Source of the DNA: an uncultured Candidatus Saccharibacteria bacterium
Lineage (GTDB): Bacteria > Patescibacteriota > Minisyncoccia > Phycocordibacterales > SBAW01
Direction: 5' to 3'
Length of the DNA: 64,000 nucleotides
Assembly (NCBI GenBank): GCA_964650645.1
Contig: CAZYUH010000001.1
Coordinates: forward strand, 283,032-347,031
The number at the start of each line of letters is the position of its first letter. The first letter of the stretch is position 1. The notes below the pieces were generated by a model that was not told the DNA's origin, made no database searches, and saw only the letters and a program-made list of their open reading frames with translations. Both the position numbers and the translations under genes were made by a program. Of this stretch, positions 47,515 through 57,316 are shown piece after piece.

Positions 47515-48969
47515 ATGCCGGAATTCCTGAAGAACCCGAAGGCTCTGGCCATGCTCGGCGCCATGCTCGCCATGCTTCTGGCGGCGCTTGACCAGACCAT
47601 CGTCTCGACCGCCCTGCCGACTATCGTGAAGGAGCTGGGCGGGCTCGAGCACCTTTCATGGGTGTTCACCGCCTACATGCTCGCCTCGACCGTGACGGTG
47701 CCGCTGTACGGCAAGCTGTCCGATACCTACGGCCGCAAGCCGTTCTTCATCGCGGGCATCATCATATTCCTCCTGGGCTCGGTGCTCTCTGGCGCTGCAA
47801 CCTCGATGTTCGAGCTCATACTCTTCCGTGGCCTCCAGGGCGTCGGCGGCGGCGCCATCATGGTCAACGCCTTCGCCGTAGTGGGGGATCTCTTCTCGCC
47901 GCGCGAGCGCGGGCGCTGGCAGGGGCTTTTGGGCGCCATGTGGGGGCTCTCAAGCGTCGTGGGACCGCTCTTGGGCGGCTGGCTTACCGACGCGGCGTCG
48001 TGGCGCTGGATCTTCTACATAAACATCCCGCTCGGGCTCCTCGCTCTGGGCGTCATCGCCTACGCGCTTCCCGCTATCGCGCGCCGGCACGAGAAGCCGC
48101 TCGACTACTTCGGCGGCCTGCTCATCGGCGCATCCTTGCTGCCGCTCCTGCTTGCTTTGGTGTGGGGCGGGTCAACGCATCCATGGATATCGCCCATAAT
48201 CATCTGGCTCTTCAGCGCGTTCGCCATCATCCTGTACTACTTTATCCGCGAGGAGCGCTATTTCGCCGAGGACCCGGTGCTCCCAATGTTCTTCTTCAGG
48301 ACGCGGGCTTACGTCGTATCGGTCGCGACGGTGTTCCTGACCGCCATAGGCATGTTCGGCTCCATAGTCTACCTGCCGCTTTTCGCGCAGAACGCGCTCG
48401 GCTCCTCGGCCACGGGAGCGGGGCTCATACTGACGCCGCTCATGCTCGGCATCGTCGTCGCTTCGACCGCGACGGGCCAGATAGTCTCGCGCACGGGCAA
48501 GTACAAATGGATAGCCGTCGGGGGCATGGCCCTGGCTACCGTTGCAATGTTCCTGTTTTCGCAGATGTCCGCGGACACGGGCTATTGGACCGTCGTGCGC
48601 AACATGGTGGTCATGGGCCTCGGGCTCGGCGTATCCTTCCCGATATTCACCGTGGTGGTGCAGGCGGCGTTCGAGCCGCGCTACCTCGGCGTCGCCACCG
48701 CCTCGGTGCAGATGTTCCGCACGGTGGGGGCTACCGTTGGCACCGCGCTTATGGGCGGGCTTCTCAACTACTATATGGCCGCCCAAGGCCTCGCGTTTAC
48801 GGACGCGCTCGACCGCGTGTTCCTGGTAGGCGCGGCAGCCATGGCGGGCGCCTTCGTCATGTCGCTCTTTCTGCCGCAGATACACTTGCGCCACAGCGAA
48901 CCTGAGGAGGGTCAATCGCTCGAAGAGATGGCGCGCGAATTCGAGGAGGCGTACGGGGCGCGCAGGTAG
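47515..48969 (+). CDS. MFS efflux transporter, DHA2 (EmrB/QacA) family
   Basis: ALDQTIVSTALP, YGKLSDTYGRK, GPLLGGWLT..WRWIFYINIP. Confidence 0.95.
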   Translation: MPEFLKNPKALAMLGAMLAMLLAALDQTIVSTALPTIVKELGGLEHLSWVFTAYMLASTVTVPLYGKLSDTYGRKPFFIAGIIIFLLGSVLSGAATSMFELILFRGLQGVGGGAIMVNAFAVVGDLFSPRERGRWQGLLGAMWGLSSVVGPLLGGWLTDAASWRWIFYINIPLGLLALGVIAYALPAIARRHEKPLDYFGGLLIGASLLPLLLALVWGGSTHPWISPIIIWLFSAFAIILYYFIREERYFAEDPVLPMFFFRTRAYVVSVATVFLTAIGMFGSIVYLPLFAQNALGSSATGAGLILTPLMLGIVVASTATGQIVSRTGKYKWIAVGGMALATVAMFLFSQMSADTGYWTVVRNMVVMGLGLGVSFPIFTVVVQAAFEPRYLGVATASVQMFRTVGATVGTALMGGLLNYYMAAQGLAFTDALDRVFLVGAAAMAGAFVMSLFLPQIHLRHSEPEEGQSLEEMAREFEEAYGARR

Positions 48970-49014
48970 GCCTTGCCTTGCCAAGCGGCTTGGCCTTTGG
49001 TATGGTGCTCTGGT

Positions 49015-49551
49015 ATGGAACAAACGTCGCAGGCCGATACGGCCTTTACCCAAGCGACAGACGCCAACTCCTTGGCCGATGTCAGCAGTGCCCCCATTAT
49101 TTATGAGGTCGGTTTTCATTTGGTGCCCACTATCGCCGAGGACGGAGTAGGGGCCGCGGTCGAGGGCGTTCGCCGGCTTATAGGCGATGATGCCGAGTTT
49201 ATCAGCGAGGGCTATCCGTCCAAGGTAGCCCTGGCCTACGTCATCGAGCGCGCCTCGCAGGGCAAGCGCGAGAAGTACAGCGAAGCGTGGTTCGGCTGGA
49301 TAAAGTTCGCCGCGACCCGCGACAAGATCCCCGCGCTCGAGGCCGCCCTTAACGCCTCCCGCGACGTCCTGCGCTCGCTCATCATTGAGACCGTCCGCGA
49401 GGATATCGTCGCGCCCAAGCCCCGCGCGGTATTCAGCTCCGACAGGCTCCAGGGCGAGACCATCAAGAAGCCGGATGCGCCCGCCGAGAAGGCCGTCCCG
49501 GTCTCCGAGGCGCAGCTTGATAAGTCCATCGATGCGCTTGCCGCCGAGTAG
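49015..49551 (+). CDS. rpsF: 30S ribosomal protein S6
   Basis: YEVGF, LAYVI, VLRSLII; rpsF-ssb-rpsR synteny. Confidence 0.88.
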   Translation: MEQTSQADTAFTQATDANSLADVSSAPIIYEVGFHLVPTIAEDGVGAAVEGVRRLIGDDAEFISEGYPSKVALAYVIERASQGKREKYSEAWFGWIKFAATRDKIPALEAALNASRDVLRSLIIETVREDIVAPKPRAVFSSDRLQGETIKKPDAPAEKAVPVSEAQLDKSIDALAAE

Positions 49552-49563
49552 TACAATACCGGT

Positions 49564-50016
49564 ATGAACAAAGTCATCCTCTACGGCAACCTTACCCGCG
49601 ACCCCGAACTGAAGTCCCTTCCTTCGGGCATGCAGGTGGCCTCCTTCGGCGTAGCGACCAACCGCCGCGTCAAGAAGGACGAGCAGTGGACCGACGTGCC
49701 GGAGTTCCACAACGTGGTGGTGTTCGGCCGCCAGGCGGAGACGAGCGCGCAGTACCTCAAGAAGGGAAGCTCGGCGCTCATCGAGGGCCGCATCCAGACC
49801 CGCTCGTGGGACAGCCCCGAGAAGGGCAAGCAGTACCGCACCGAGATAGTGGCCGAGTCGGTCACCTTCGGCTCGCGCGCGTCGGGCGGCGGGGGAGCGC
49901 CGTCCGGCGGCTCGCGCGGTGGCTACTCGGACGCCGAGGCGCCGCAGAAGGCTCCCAAGGACGACGGCATCGACTACCCTGCAGAGGACATTAACCCTGA
50001 CGACATTCCCTTTTAA
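49564..50016 (+). CDS. ssb: Single-stranded DNA-binding protein
   Basis: [25 protein letters not shown]-terminal DDIPF. Confidence 0.98.
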   Translation: MNKVILYGNLTRDPELKSLPSGMQVASFGVATNRRVKKDEQWTDVPEFHNVVVFGRQAETSAQYLKKGSSALIEGRIQTRSWDSPEKGKQYRTEIVAESVTFGSRASGGGGAPSGGSRGGYSDAEAPQKAPKDDGIDYPAEDINPDDIPF

Positions 50017-50027
50017 TCCCAAGACTT

Positions 50028-50222
50028 ATGGCTAAAGAATACGCACCCCAGTTCGCGCGCATCGACTACAAGGATGCCGAGACGCTCAAGAAGTTCATCA
50101 ACCCGCACGGCAAGATACTGCCGCGCCGCCGCACCAACCTCTCCGCGCCCAACCAGCGCGCGGTCGCCGAGGCTATAAAGCGCGCGCGCTTCATGGCGCT
50201 TCTGCCCTACATCATCCGCTAG
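50028..50222 (+). CDS. rpsR: 30S ribosomal protein S18
   Basis: [29 protein letters not shown]. Confidence 0.97.
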   Translation: MAKEYAPQFARIDYKDAETLKKFINPHGKILPRRRTNLSAPNQRAVAEAIKRARFMALLPYIIR

Positions 50223-50240
50223 CCCTGTCCGGGAGGCGCA

Positions 50241-50276
50241 ACGAAAAGGCCGCGGCGCATGCCGCGGCCTTTTCGT
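50241..50276. terminator. Bidirectional terminator
   Basis: ACGAAAAGGCCGCGGC-gcat-GCCGCGGCCTTTTCGT. Confidence 0.8.
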
Positions 50277-50303
50277 ATCCTGATGTGCGCCCGTGCTGAC
50301 TGC

Positions 50304-50486
50304 CTAGCGGTGCGCGAACGCGCTCTGGCTGTAGGCGGTTTCCTCTGCGGCGCTCCAGATGGAGAGTACGGCGACCACGAGGCCTGCGATGGCGAGCGTC
50401 CACGTCATGGCGCCGCTAGAGAGGCTTAAAAACGGGGTCGCTAGCACTGCAATTCCCGCGATTGCGTTTACCCATTGCTTCCACAT
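50304..50486 (-). CDS. Small two-TM protein (SPW-repeat-like)
   Basis: WKQWVNAIAG..ATPFL, two TMs. Confidence 0.7.
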   Translation of the reverse strand: MWKQWVNAIAGIAVLATPFLSLSSGAMTWTLAIAGLVVAVLSIWSAAEETAYSQSAFAHR

Positions 50487-50579
50487 ATGCCTTTGTAAGT
50501 TAGCTGGCTCGTAATGTCGACCTGGAGCCAGGATAGCGCAGGGCAGGTGTCGCGCGGATGAAGCAATGGCGCCGCTTTC

Positions 50580-51710
50580 CTAGAGTTCCTGGTACGCAGG
50601 GATAAGCCCTGCCGTCGCCTGCTCGGAGACGCTTCCGCATGACAGGGTGTAGGTAATCGATCCGGTTATGGGGCCTATGGCTACGGAGTGTTCGGCGCCA
50701 TCCGCGGTAACGGGATAGGAAGAGCCGTCCGTGCCGGATATGGCGCAGGAAGCGCCCGTGGCCTTATATAGGAGGCTTGATGCGCCCCCGCTGCGCACGC
50801 GCGAGGGCGAAACGATGAACTCATCAACGCTGTCGGGGGGCACGCACTGGCTTGGATCGCCGGTCTGGAGGCCCGGCATAAGGGGGCATACATCCACCTC
50901 CGCCGAGAGCGCCGGTGACGTCGAGCAGGAGCTTGCTCCCGAGAGGCTCGCTACGTCCATGGTGTAAGTATACGAGCCGGCGCTCGATGGGGCGGTGGCG
51001 CTTACGGCGCCGGAAGGGGCGGTCGCGCCGCTTGTTATGGTGGCGCCTCCCGCGTCCTTTATAACGCCCGTGTCCGGAGTATTGGTGGTTGTGTAATTAA
51101 GGGTAATAGATGAGCCGGTGGCGGCAGGATTAGGCGCGACGCTCAGCGTGCAGGTGGGGCTCCCGGCGCCGCCATAGACGACCGCGTAGGGGCTGCCGTC
51201 TGTCGCTGTGCCGGAAAAGCTCAGCCAGCCCACGACGTCGCTGCCCCATGCATAGCCGGTAAACGTGGTGCCGGAAAGGGTTACGCCGTAGGCCGGCGAC
51301 GCGCCGCTTAAGGAAATGCACCCGTCCCAGCCGCCGCCCGCGCCGGTCGCCTGAGCGAAGCCGGAGAGCGCCCCTGCGCTGAAGTTCGCCTGCGCGCCGC
51401 ATGAGTTGGGGCCGAAGGTTATCCAGCCGATGTTGTCGCTCCAGGCGTAGCCCGAGAGGACGCCGCCCCCGCCGACCGTTACCCCGTACGGGCTGCCGTT
51501 TGCGGCCGTGCCCGAAAAGCTCACCCAGCCTATAGTGTCGCTCCAGGCGTAGCCGGTTATGGCAATGTCGGCTGCATGCGCGGTCGCGGGCGCAAGGCGC
51601 GGATGCTTGGGTCCGTACTCGACAAGCAGGGCGGCGCAGGCCGCCAGCAACAGGAGTCCGGCCAGGGTCGCGAGCTCCCTATAGGTGCGCGTACGCAAAA
51701 ATTTCCGCAT
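50580..51710 (-). CDS. Secreted/surface protein with GYAWS..IGW.SF repeats and Ig-like domains
   Basis: Signal/TM, three G(Y)AW(S/G)xxxGWxxF repeats. Start at 51710, with TATACT 6 nt upstream. Confidence 0.8.
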   Translation of the reverse strand: MRKFLRTRTYRELATLAGLLLLAACAALLVEYGPKHPRLAPATAHAADIAITGYAWSDTIGWVSFSGTAANGSPYGVTVGGGGVLSGYAWSDNIGWITFGPNSCGAQANFSAGALSGFAQATGAGGGWDGCISLSGASPAYGVTLSGTTFTGYAWGSDVVGWLSFSGTATDGSPYAVVYGGAGSPTCTLSVAPNPAATGSSITLNYTTTNTPDTGVIKDAGGATITSGATAPSGAVSATAPSSAGSYTYTMDVASLSGASSCSTSPALSAEVDVCPLMPGLQTGDPSQCVPPDSVDEFIVSPSRVRSGGASSLLYKATGASCAISGTDGSSYPVTADGAEHSVAIGPITGSITYTLSCGSVSEQATAGLIPAYQEL

Positions 51711-51828
51711 ACGGCTAGTATACCGCCGTATTTCACCGCTATTCCCGCATACCGGCGGTACTGCGGCAGTGTGTGGATAAGGAGGCGCAGGCGTTCCGTG
51801 GGAGAGTATAGTTACAAGTGACGCTAGT

Positions 51829-52431
51829 ATGAATACTTTTAATATTGTCTCCCGTGTTTTTGCGGTACTGGCAGTGGCGGCGATAGCCGCCCCCGTTGCG
51901 GCATGGACCGGCCCCAGCACGGCGCCTCCCGGCGGCAACGTGGCGGCGCCTATCAACGTGGGCGGCACGGCGCAAGCGAAGAGCGGCTCCTTGATCCTTA
52001 ATGGCAATTCGGGAACATATCCCCTTAACGTCAGCGGGTGGGCGAGCCAGTGGACTGCTTTATTCAATTGGCCGCCCTCCTCTGCCCCCGCAAGCAGCTA
52101 TGGCATCCTCGTAGGCACAAGTGCAGGCGGCTACTCGCTATTCCAGAATGCTTCAGGATATTATGCCCAGCTTGCCCAAAGCAGCTACGGCCTATACACC
52201 AACGGGAACGTGTACGCGTCCGACGTGTATAGTTCCGCTGCGGGCATATGGATGAGTACGCTGGTCGCCAACAACCCGCGCAACGGCGGGCAGTACTGGT
52301 ACGGCGCGTACAGCTATATCCCTAACCCCGCGACCGGCGGATACAGCTGCCCCTCCGGGTTCTCCGCGTACGGGCCGTACACGATAGACATGTCGGACGG
52401 ACACTTCTCGTACACGTATATGTGCCGATAA
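51829..52431 (+). CDS. Secreted protein with WTGP..APP.GN..AP(I)NVG N-terminal motif and Cys/aromatic C-terminal domain
   Basis: Signal peptide; C-terminal NPATGGYSCPSG...YMCR. Confidence 0.75.
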   Translation: MNTFNIVSRVFAVLAVAAIAAPVAAWTGPSTAPPGGNVAAPINVGGTAQAKSGSLILNGNSGTYPLNVSGWASQWTALFNWPPSSAPASSYGILVGTSAGGYSLFQNASGYYAQLAQSSYGLYTNGNVYASDVYSSAAGIWMSTLVANNPRNGGQYWYGAYSYIPNPATGGYSCPSGFSAYGPYTIDMSDGHFSYTYMCR

Positions 52432-52440
52432 TCATCCCGT

Positions 52441-53013
52441 ATGAATCAAAAGGAAAAACTATTGTGGGGCGTTATAGCGGTACTGGGCGCAACCCAGCTC
52501 CTTGTGCTGTGGAGCGTATTCCGGCCTTCCATGCAGCCCCAGGGGCCGGCGGGGCAGGAGGTCGCGGGCGCGCCTTCCGCGCCCGAGGCCACCACTACGC
52601 CTCCCGTGCTGCCGGGTTCGAGCCTGGCTCTCGTGAGGGGCAAGGTGCAGTTGGTAAGCGGCCAGACGCTGACCCTGAGCACGTCTGAAGATGGGTCCAC
52701 TGCCGCGGCGCGCATTACGCCTGAAACGAGAATCGTCAAATCTGACGGGTCGCAGAAGGACCCGGGGATTCAAAAGGCGGAACTTGACGCGTATAACGCC
52801 AAGATAGACGAGCTGAGGAAGGACGAGGAGAAGAACAGAGCGGCGCTCGAGACGCTCATGATGCCGAACCCGTTCGTCGAGAAGGCTATACAGCTCTCTG
52901 ATATAAAAGCGGGGGATTCGGTTACGGTCTTCTCGTTCAATAAAAACAGCGACGGCTCGTACGATGCGCGGCAGGTGGTCGTGCTCGTCTCCACCGAGGC
53001 GTTCCGGCAGTAG
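52441..53013 (+). CDS. Membrane-anchored hypothetical protein (OB-like, DUF5666-like)
   Basis: N-terminal TM, RGKV..VSG..LTL, LSDIKAGDSVTV. Confidence 0.7.
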   Translation: MNQKEKLLWGVIAVLGATQLLVLWSVFRPSMQPQGPAGQEVAGAPSAPEATTTPPVLPGSSLALVRGKVQLVSGQTLTLSTSEDGSTAAARITPETRIVKSDGSQKDPGIQKAELDAYNAKIDELRKDEEKNRAALETLMMPNPFVEKAIQLSDIKAGDSVTVFSFNKNSDGSYDARQVVVLVSTEAFRQ

Positions 53014-53016
53014 GGT

Positions 53017-53592
53017 TTATTTCTTGTCGGCGCGCTCGACGTACTCGCCGGTCTGGGTGTTGATGCGCAGGACGTCGCCCTCGTTTATGAACATGGGGAC
53101 GAAGAGGGTGGCGCCAGTCTCGAGCGTCACCTGCTTCGTGCCGCCCTGGGCGGTGTTGCCCTTGACCGCGGCAGCCGCTTCGGTCACCTTGAGGTCCATT
53201 TTAATGGGGAGCTTGATGCCGATGATCCGCTCGTCGAAGACGAGCGCCTCGACGATGCTGTTCGCTTTCAGGAATTGGGCCGGCGCGCCAATGAGGTCGT
53301 TGGAGAGCGTGAAGCGGTCTGCGGGGTTGTCTTCCGCGCAGAACCAGCGCTCGCCCTTGTTGGAATAGAGGTATTTGACCCCTTTGGTGGAAAGGTCGGC
53401 CTCCTCGGCCTTTTCCGAGACATGGAAGGCCTGCTCGGTCACCTTGCCGGTAATGATGTTGCGCAGCTTGGTCTGGTTGACCGGCTTGCGCTGCTGCTTG
53501 CGGAATACGTGCGCGTCGAGGACTTCGTACGGCTCGCCATTGAAGAGGATGACCCTTCCCTTGAGTATCTCGTTGTATTCAAGCATCGCCAT
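53017..53592 (-). CDS. efp: Elongation factor P (non-canonical tip loop)
   Basis: GEPYEV, TKLRNIITG, KGNTAQGGTK..LETGA..VPMFINEGD..INTQTGEYVER. Confidence 0.93.
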   Translation of the reverse strand: MAMLEYNEILKGRVILFNGEPYEVLDAHVFRKQQRKPVNQTKLRNIITGKVTEQAFHVSEKAEEADLSTKGVKYLYSNKGERWFCAEDNPADRFTLSNDLIGAPAQFLKANSIVEALVFDERIIGIKLPIKMDLKVTEAAAAVKGNTAQGGTKQVTLETGATLFVPMFINEGDVLRINTQTGEYVERADKK

Positions 53593-53702
53593 AATGTGTG
53601 TCGCAAAAAAATGAGCCCTTGGGGCTAATGGGGCAATAGTACTTGAAACCAGGGCGGCGTTCAAGCGGTTGCAATGGGTATCCCATGATATACAGTGTGG
53701 CA

Positions 53703-54287
53703 ATGGACCGCCTCTCTTCGGGGGAGCAGGGGGAAGCGAGAAGCGACGAGGAGCTTCTGGCGCTTTCCGTGTCGCACCCGGGCCTGTTCGCATTGCTTGT
53801 GCGCCGGTACGAGGAGCCGTTCCTGCGCAAGGCGCGCGGCATCATACGGGATGCCCATGAGGCCGAGGATATAGTGCAGGAGGCGTTTACCAAAATCTAC
53901 ATAAACGCGAACAAGTTCAAGAAGCAGGAAGGCGCGCAGTTCTCTTCCTGGGCGTACCGCATACTCATCAATACCGCGCTCACGCACTACGCGAAGAAGA
54001 AGAAGGGCTGGGAGCGCGAGGCGCGGCTCGACGAGGAGATATGGGCGCTCGTGCCCGACCGTTCGCTCAAGCAGTTCGAGAAGAAGGAGCTTGCTGACCT
54101 GGTGGCGTCGGTCCTCTCGCGCATGCCGGCGCCCATGGCACGGGCCCTGTCGAGCTTCTTTTTGGACGGCAAGACGCAGGAAGAAATCGCGCGCGAGGAG
54201 GGCGTGGGCGTGGGCGCCGTCAAGACGCGCGTGCACCGCGCGAAGGCCGAGTTCAGGAGGATATTCGAAACTATCAGCCCTAAGTAA
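53703..54287 (+). CDS. ECF sigma factor
   Basis: AEDIVQEAFTK, FSSWAYRILIN, EEIA..G.VKTRVHRAK. Confidence 0.93.
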   Translation: MDRLSSGEQGEARSDEELLALSVSHPGLFALLVRRYEEPFLRKARGIIRDAHEAEDIVQEAFTKIYINANKFKKQEGAQFSSWAYRILINTALTHYAKKKKGWEREARLDEEIWALVPDRSLKQFEKKELADLVASVLSRMPAPMARALSSFFLDGKTQEEIAREEGVGVGAVKTRVHRAKAEFRRIFETISPK

Positions 54288-54300
54288 CCGTTATAGAGGC

Positions 54301-54627
54301 ATGCAATCGAAGATAGAGCGTCAGGTAATGGCATCGGTCGGCGCGGTGTACGCGGCGCGCCGCCTCGCGTCCGCGACGGCGCTCAAGCTCTACGCGCTCG
54401 CCGCGTCGGCGTACGCCCTGGGTGCGCTCGTGTGGGTGTCGGAAATAAAGGCAAACCTGCTCCATGTGATGAACGGCGGCGTGCTGGCGGTAGGCAACTT
54501 CGTCCTGTACGCGGTGTTGCATACGACCGTCGCGGTGCAGGCGGTGCTCCTGGTCGCGGTGCTGGCGCTCGCCTCGCTCGCGCTCGATGCGGCGCGCTCC
54601 GTCTCCTCCGGGCAGGCCGCTGCATAA
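54301..54627 (+). CDS. Small membrane protein, possible anti-sigma factor
   Basis: Two to three TMs; 13 nt downstream of the ECF sigma gene. Confidence 0.65.
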   Translation: MQSKIERQVMASVGAVYAARRLASATALKLYALAASAYALGALVWVSEIKANLLHVMNGGVLAVGNFVLYAVLHTTVAVQAVLLVAVLALASLALDAARSVSSGQAAA

Positions 54628-54667
54628 CCCTTTTGCGCGCGGGTCCCGCCGGGTGTACTGTTTTTCC

Positions 54668-55786
54668 ATGACAAGCAGGGAGAAGGCGGCCGAGCTTTTG
54701 GGCAAGGCGGGCGTCGCCATAAACGGCCCCAAGCCCACGGACGTGCGGGTAGCGGACGAGCGCTTGTACGACCGGGTGCTCTCGGGCGGCACCCTGGCCG
54801 TCGGCGAGGCGTACATGGACGGCTGGTGGGAGGCGGAGGACCTCTCCGGATTCCTCAGCCTCATGCTGCGCGCGCATATAGACGAGTCGCTCAAGAGCTT
54901 CTCGACGCTGTTCTACATAGCGCGGGCGCGGGCGCTCAATCTCCAGAACAAAAACAGGGCGTTCGAGGTGGGCAAGAGGCACTACGACATCGGCAACGAC
55001 CTTTACGAGCGCATGCTCGATAGCCGCATGGTCTACACCTGCGGCTACTGGAGCGGCCCGGCGCCGGCGCAGACACTGGACGACGCGCAGGAGGCCAAGC
55101 TCGACCTGGTGTGTCGCAAAATAGGGCTCAAGGCGGGCGACACGGTGCTTGACGTGGGGTGCGGGTGGGGGAGCTTTGCGAAGTTCGCGGCCGAGCGCTA
55201 CGGCGCCAAGGTGGCGGGCATTACGGTGTCGAAGGAGCAGGCCGAGCTTGCCCGCGCGCGCTGCGCGGGGCTCGATGTCGAGATACGTGTCGAGGATTAC
55301 CGCGACACGCAAGGCCGGTTCGACCATATAGTGTCTTTGGGGATGTTCGAGCACGTGGGCCCCAAGAACTACCGCGCGTACATGGAGAAGATGCACGGGC
55401 TTTTAAAAGACGGCGGGATATTCCTCCTGCACTGCATCGGCGGCAACGAAAGCGTCCTGTGGAGCGACCCGTGGATAGACCGCTACATTTTCCCCAACGG
55501 GGTCCTGCCGTCCATAGCGCAGATAGGGAAGGCCGCGGAGCGGCTGTTCGTCATGGAGGACTGGCACAATTTCGGCCCCGACTACGACCGGACGCTCATG
55601 GCGTGGTGGCGCAACTTCGATAGCCGCTGGCCTGAAATAGCGGACCGCTACGGCGAGCGGTTTTACCGCATGTGGAAGTTCTACCTCCATTCATGCGCGG
55701 CGGGGTTCCGCACCCGCCACACCCAGCTCTGGCAGGTCGCGCTTTCCAAGGGCGGCCTAGAGGGCGGCTACCGTTCGGTGCGCTAG
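54668..55786 (+). CDS. cfa: Cyclopropane-fatty-acyl-phospholipid synthase
   Basis: GEAYMDGWW, HYDIGNDLY, YTCGYW, LDVGCGWG, SLGMFEHVG, YIFPNG. Confidence 0.96.
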   Translation: MTSREKAAELLGKAGVAINGPKPTDVRVADERLYDRVLSGGTLAVGEAYMDGWWEAEDLSGFLSLMLRAHIDESLKSFSTLFYIARARALNLQNKNRAFEVGKRHYDIGNDLYERMLDSRMVYTCGYWSGPAPAQTLDDAQEAKLDLVCRKIGLKAGDTVLDVGCGWGSFAKFAAERYGAKVAGITVSKEQAELARARCAGLDVEIRVEDYRDTQGRFDHIVSLGMFEHVGPKNYRAYMEKMHGLLKDGGIFLLHCIGGNESVLWSDPWIDRYIFPNGVLPSIAQIGKAAERLFVMEDWHNFGPDYDRTLMAWWRNFDSRWPEIADRYGERFYRMWKFYLHSCAAGFRTRHTQLWQVALSKGGLEGGYRSVR

Positions 55787-55797
55787 GGCGCATGCGC

Positions 55798-55832
55798 AAA
55801 AAACGGCCCGGGTATCCGGGCCGTTTTTTTTT
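55798..55832. terminator. Bidirectional terminator cfa/recA
   Basis: AAAAAACGGCCCGG-gtat-CCGGGCCGTTTTTT. Confidence 0.85.
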
Positions 55833-55836
55833 GCTC

Positions 55837-56922
55837 TTATTCCTCGTCCTCGTCTCCCGAAGCGGGCGGCGCTTTCTTCGCGTCGGCGTTCTCCTTGAGC
55901 GCCTTGCGTATCTCGCCCATGAGCGCGGCGGCGGTCTTCTTGTTCTCGCGCAGGTACGTGCGGCTGGCGTCGTAGCCGCGGCCTAGCTTCTCCTCGCCGA
56001 AGGAGTACGAGCTGCCGGACTTAGACACGATGCCGTACTTCTCGCCGAGCGCCAGGAGCTCGCCCTCCTTGGAGATGCCCTCGTTGTACATGAGGTCGAA
56101 CTCGGTCGTGCGGAACGGGGGAGCGACCTTGTTCTTGACCACCTTGATGCGGTGGCGGCCGCCCACGACCTCCTCGCCCTTCTTAATCTGGGCGATGCGG
56201 CGTATGTCGAGGCGCACCGAGGTGTAGAACTTGAGCGCCTTGCCGCCGGTCGTCGTCTCGGGGTTGCCGAACATGACGCCTATCTGCATGCGTATCTGGT
56301 TGATGAATATGACGATGGTCTTCGATTTGGACACGATGGCCGTGAGCTTGCGCAGGGCCTGGCTCATGAGGCGGGCCTGCTTGCCCACCTGGTAGGAGCC
56401 CATGTCGCCCTCTATCTCGTCCTTGGGGGTGAGCGCGGCGACCGAGTCCACGACGATGATGTCTATTTTCCCCGAGCGCACGAGGCTCTCGGTAATCTCG
56501 AGCGCCTGCTCGCCGGTATCCGGCTGGGAGATGAGGAGCTCGTCGAGCTTCACGCCGAGCTTGCGGGCGTATTCCGGGTCGAGCGCGTGCTCGGCGTCTA
56601 TGAAGGCGCAGATGCCGCCCTTCTTCTGCGCCTCGGCAATAGCGTGGAGGGTCAGCGTGGTCTTGCCCGATGACTCGGGGCCGAAGACCTCGATGATGCG
56701 GCCGCGCGGGTAGCCGCCGATGCCGAGCGCCCAGTCGAGGCCTATCGAGCCCGAGGGGACGGTGTCTACGTTCACCTTGGGCTGCTCGCCGAGCATCATA
56801 ATGGACTCGTCGCCGAACTTGGTCTTGATGGCGCGCAGGGCTGCGTCTATCGCGGTGCTGTCCTTCTTGTTCTCCTGCGGGGAGACCTTCGCTGCCTTTT
56901 CCTTTCCTTTTTTAAGTGCCAT
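55837..56922 (-). CDS. recA: Recombinase RecA
   Basis: [43 protein letters not shown]. Confidence 0.99.
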   Translation of the reverse strand: MALKKGKEKAAKVSPQENKKDSTAIDAALRAIKTKFGDESIMMLGEQPKVNVDTVPSGSIGLDWALGIGGYPRGRIIEVFGPESSGKTTLTLHAIAEAQKKGGICAFIDAEHALDPEYARKLGVKLDELLISQPDTGEQALEITESLVRSGKIDIIVVDSVAALTPKDEIEGDMGSYQVGKQARLMSQALRKLTAIVSKSKTIVIFINQIRMQIGVMFGNPETTTGGKALKFYTSVRLDIRRIAQIKKGEEVVGGRHRIKVVKNKVAPPFRTTEFDLMYNEGISKEGELLALGEKYGIVSKSGSSYSFGEEKLGRGYDASRTYLRENKKTAAALMGEIRKALKENADAKKAPPASGDEDEE

Positions 56923-56958
56923 AGGGGTGTGTGCGTGTGCTATGCGGGCCGCGGGCGC

Positions 56959-57303
56959 CTACAGTGTAACCGGGCAATACGTTAATAAAGTGAACGAGAC
57001 GCGCTTCTGCGTCTGCCGGCCGAACCGGTCCGTGGCCAGCACGGTGGCGACAGTATACCCCACGGGAGGGGAATAGCGGTACACAAATCGGCCCTCCTCG
57101 TTTGCCGCGGCCGCATGGCCGTTTATGGTCAGAAAAGAGATGTTCTCGACGCGGCCTGAAATGGTCACGAGGGAAGTGGAGGTGGCCGACCCGTCTATGG
57201 GGGAGTCTATGACAAGCTCCGGCCCGGATATGATGCGCCGGGCCTCGAACAGGGCGTAGCCCGCGATGAGGACGAGGGCGGCGATGACGAGCAGGCGTTT
57301 CAC
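56959..57303 (-). CDS. Small membrane-anchored Ig-like protein
   Basis: TM plus GPEL.I.SP.DG..V.ISG..L.ING..ATDRFG; GTG start 6 nt after TATACT. Confidence 0.8.
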   Translation of the reverse strand: MKRLLVIAALVLIAGYALFEARRIISGPELVIDSPIDGSATSTSLVTISGRVENISFLTINGHAAAANEEGRFVYRYSPPVGYTVATVLATDRFGRQTQKRVSFTLLTYCPVTL

Positions 57304-57316
57304 TCAGCCAGTATAC

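Noticed and set aside
49015-50222. Absence of rplI after rpsF-ssb-rpsR as evidence of L9 loss
   Set aside because: rplI is often located elsewhere; cannot be judged from this window.
51772-51780. Perfect DnaA box (TGTGGATAA); near match TTGTCCACA at ~60657
   Set aside because: Isolated single boxes with no cluster and no dnaA/dnaN; insufficient for oriC.
51711-52067. N-terminal extension of the 495-aa minus ORF
   Set aside because: It overlaps the divergent gene; the true start with signal peptide and -10 box is 51710.
51829-52431. Diversity-generating retroelement target
   Set aside because: No template repeat or reverse transcriptase found in the window.
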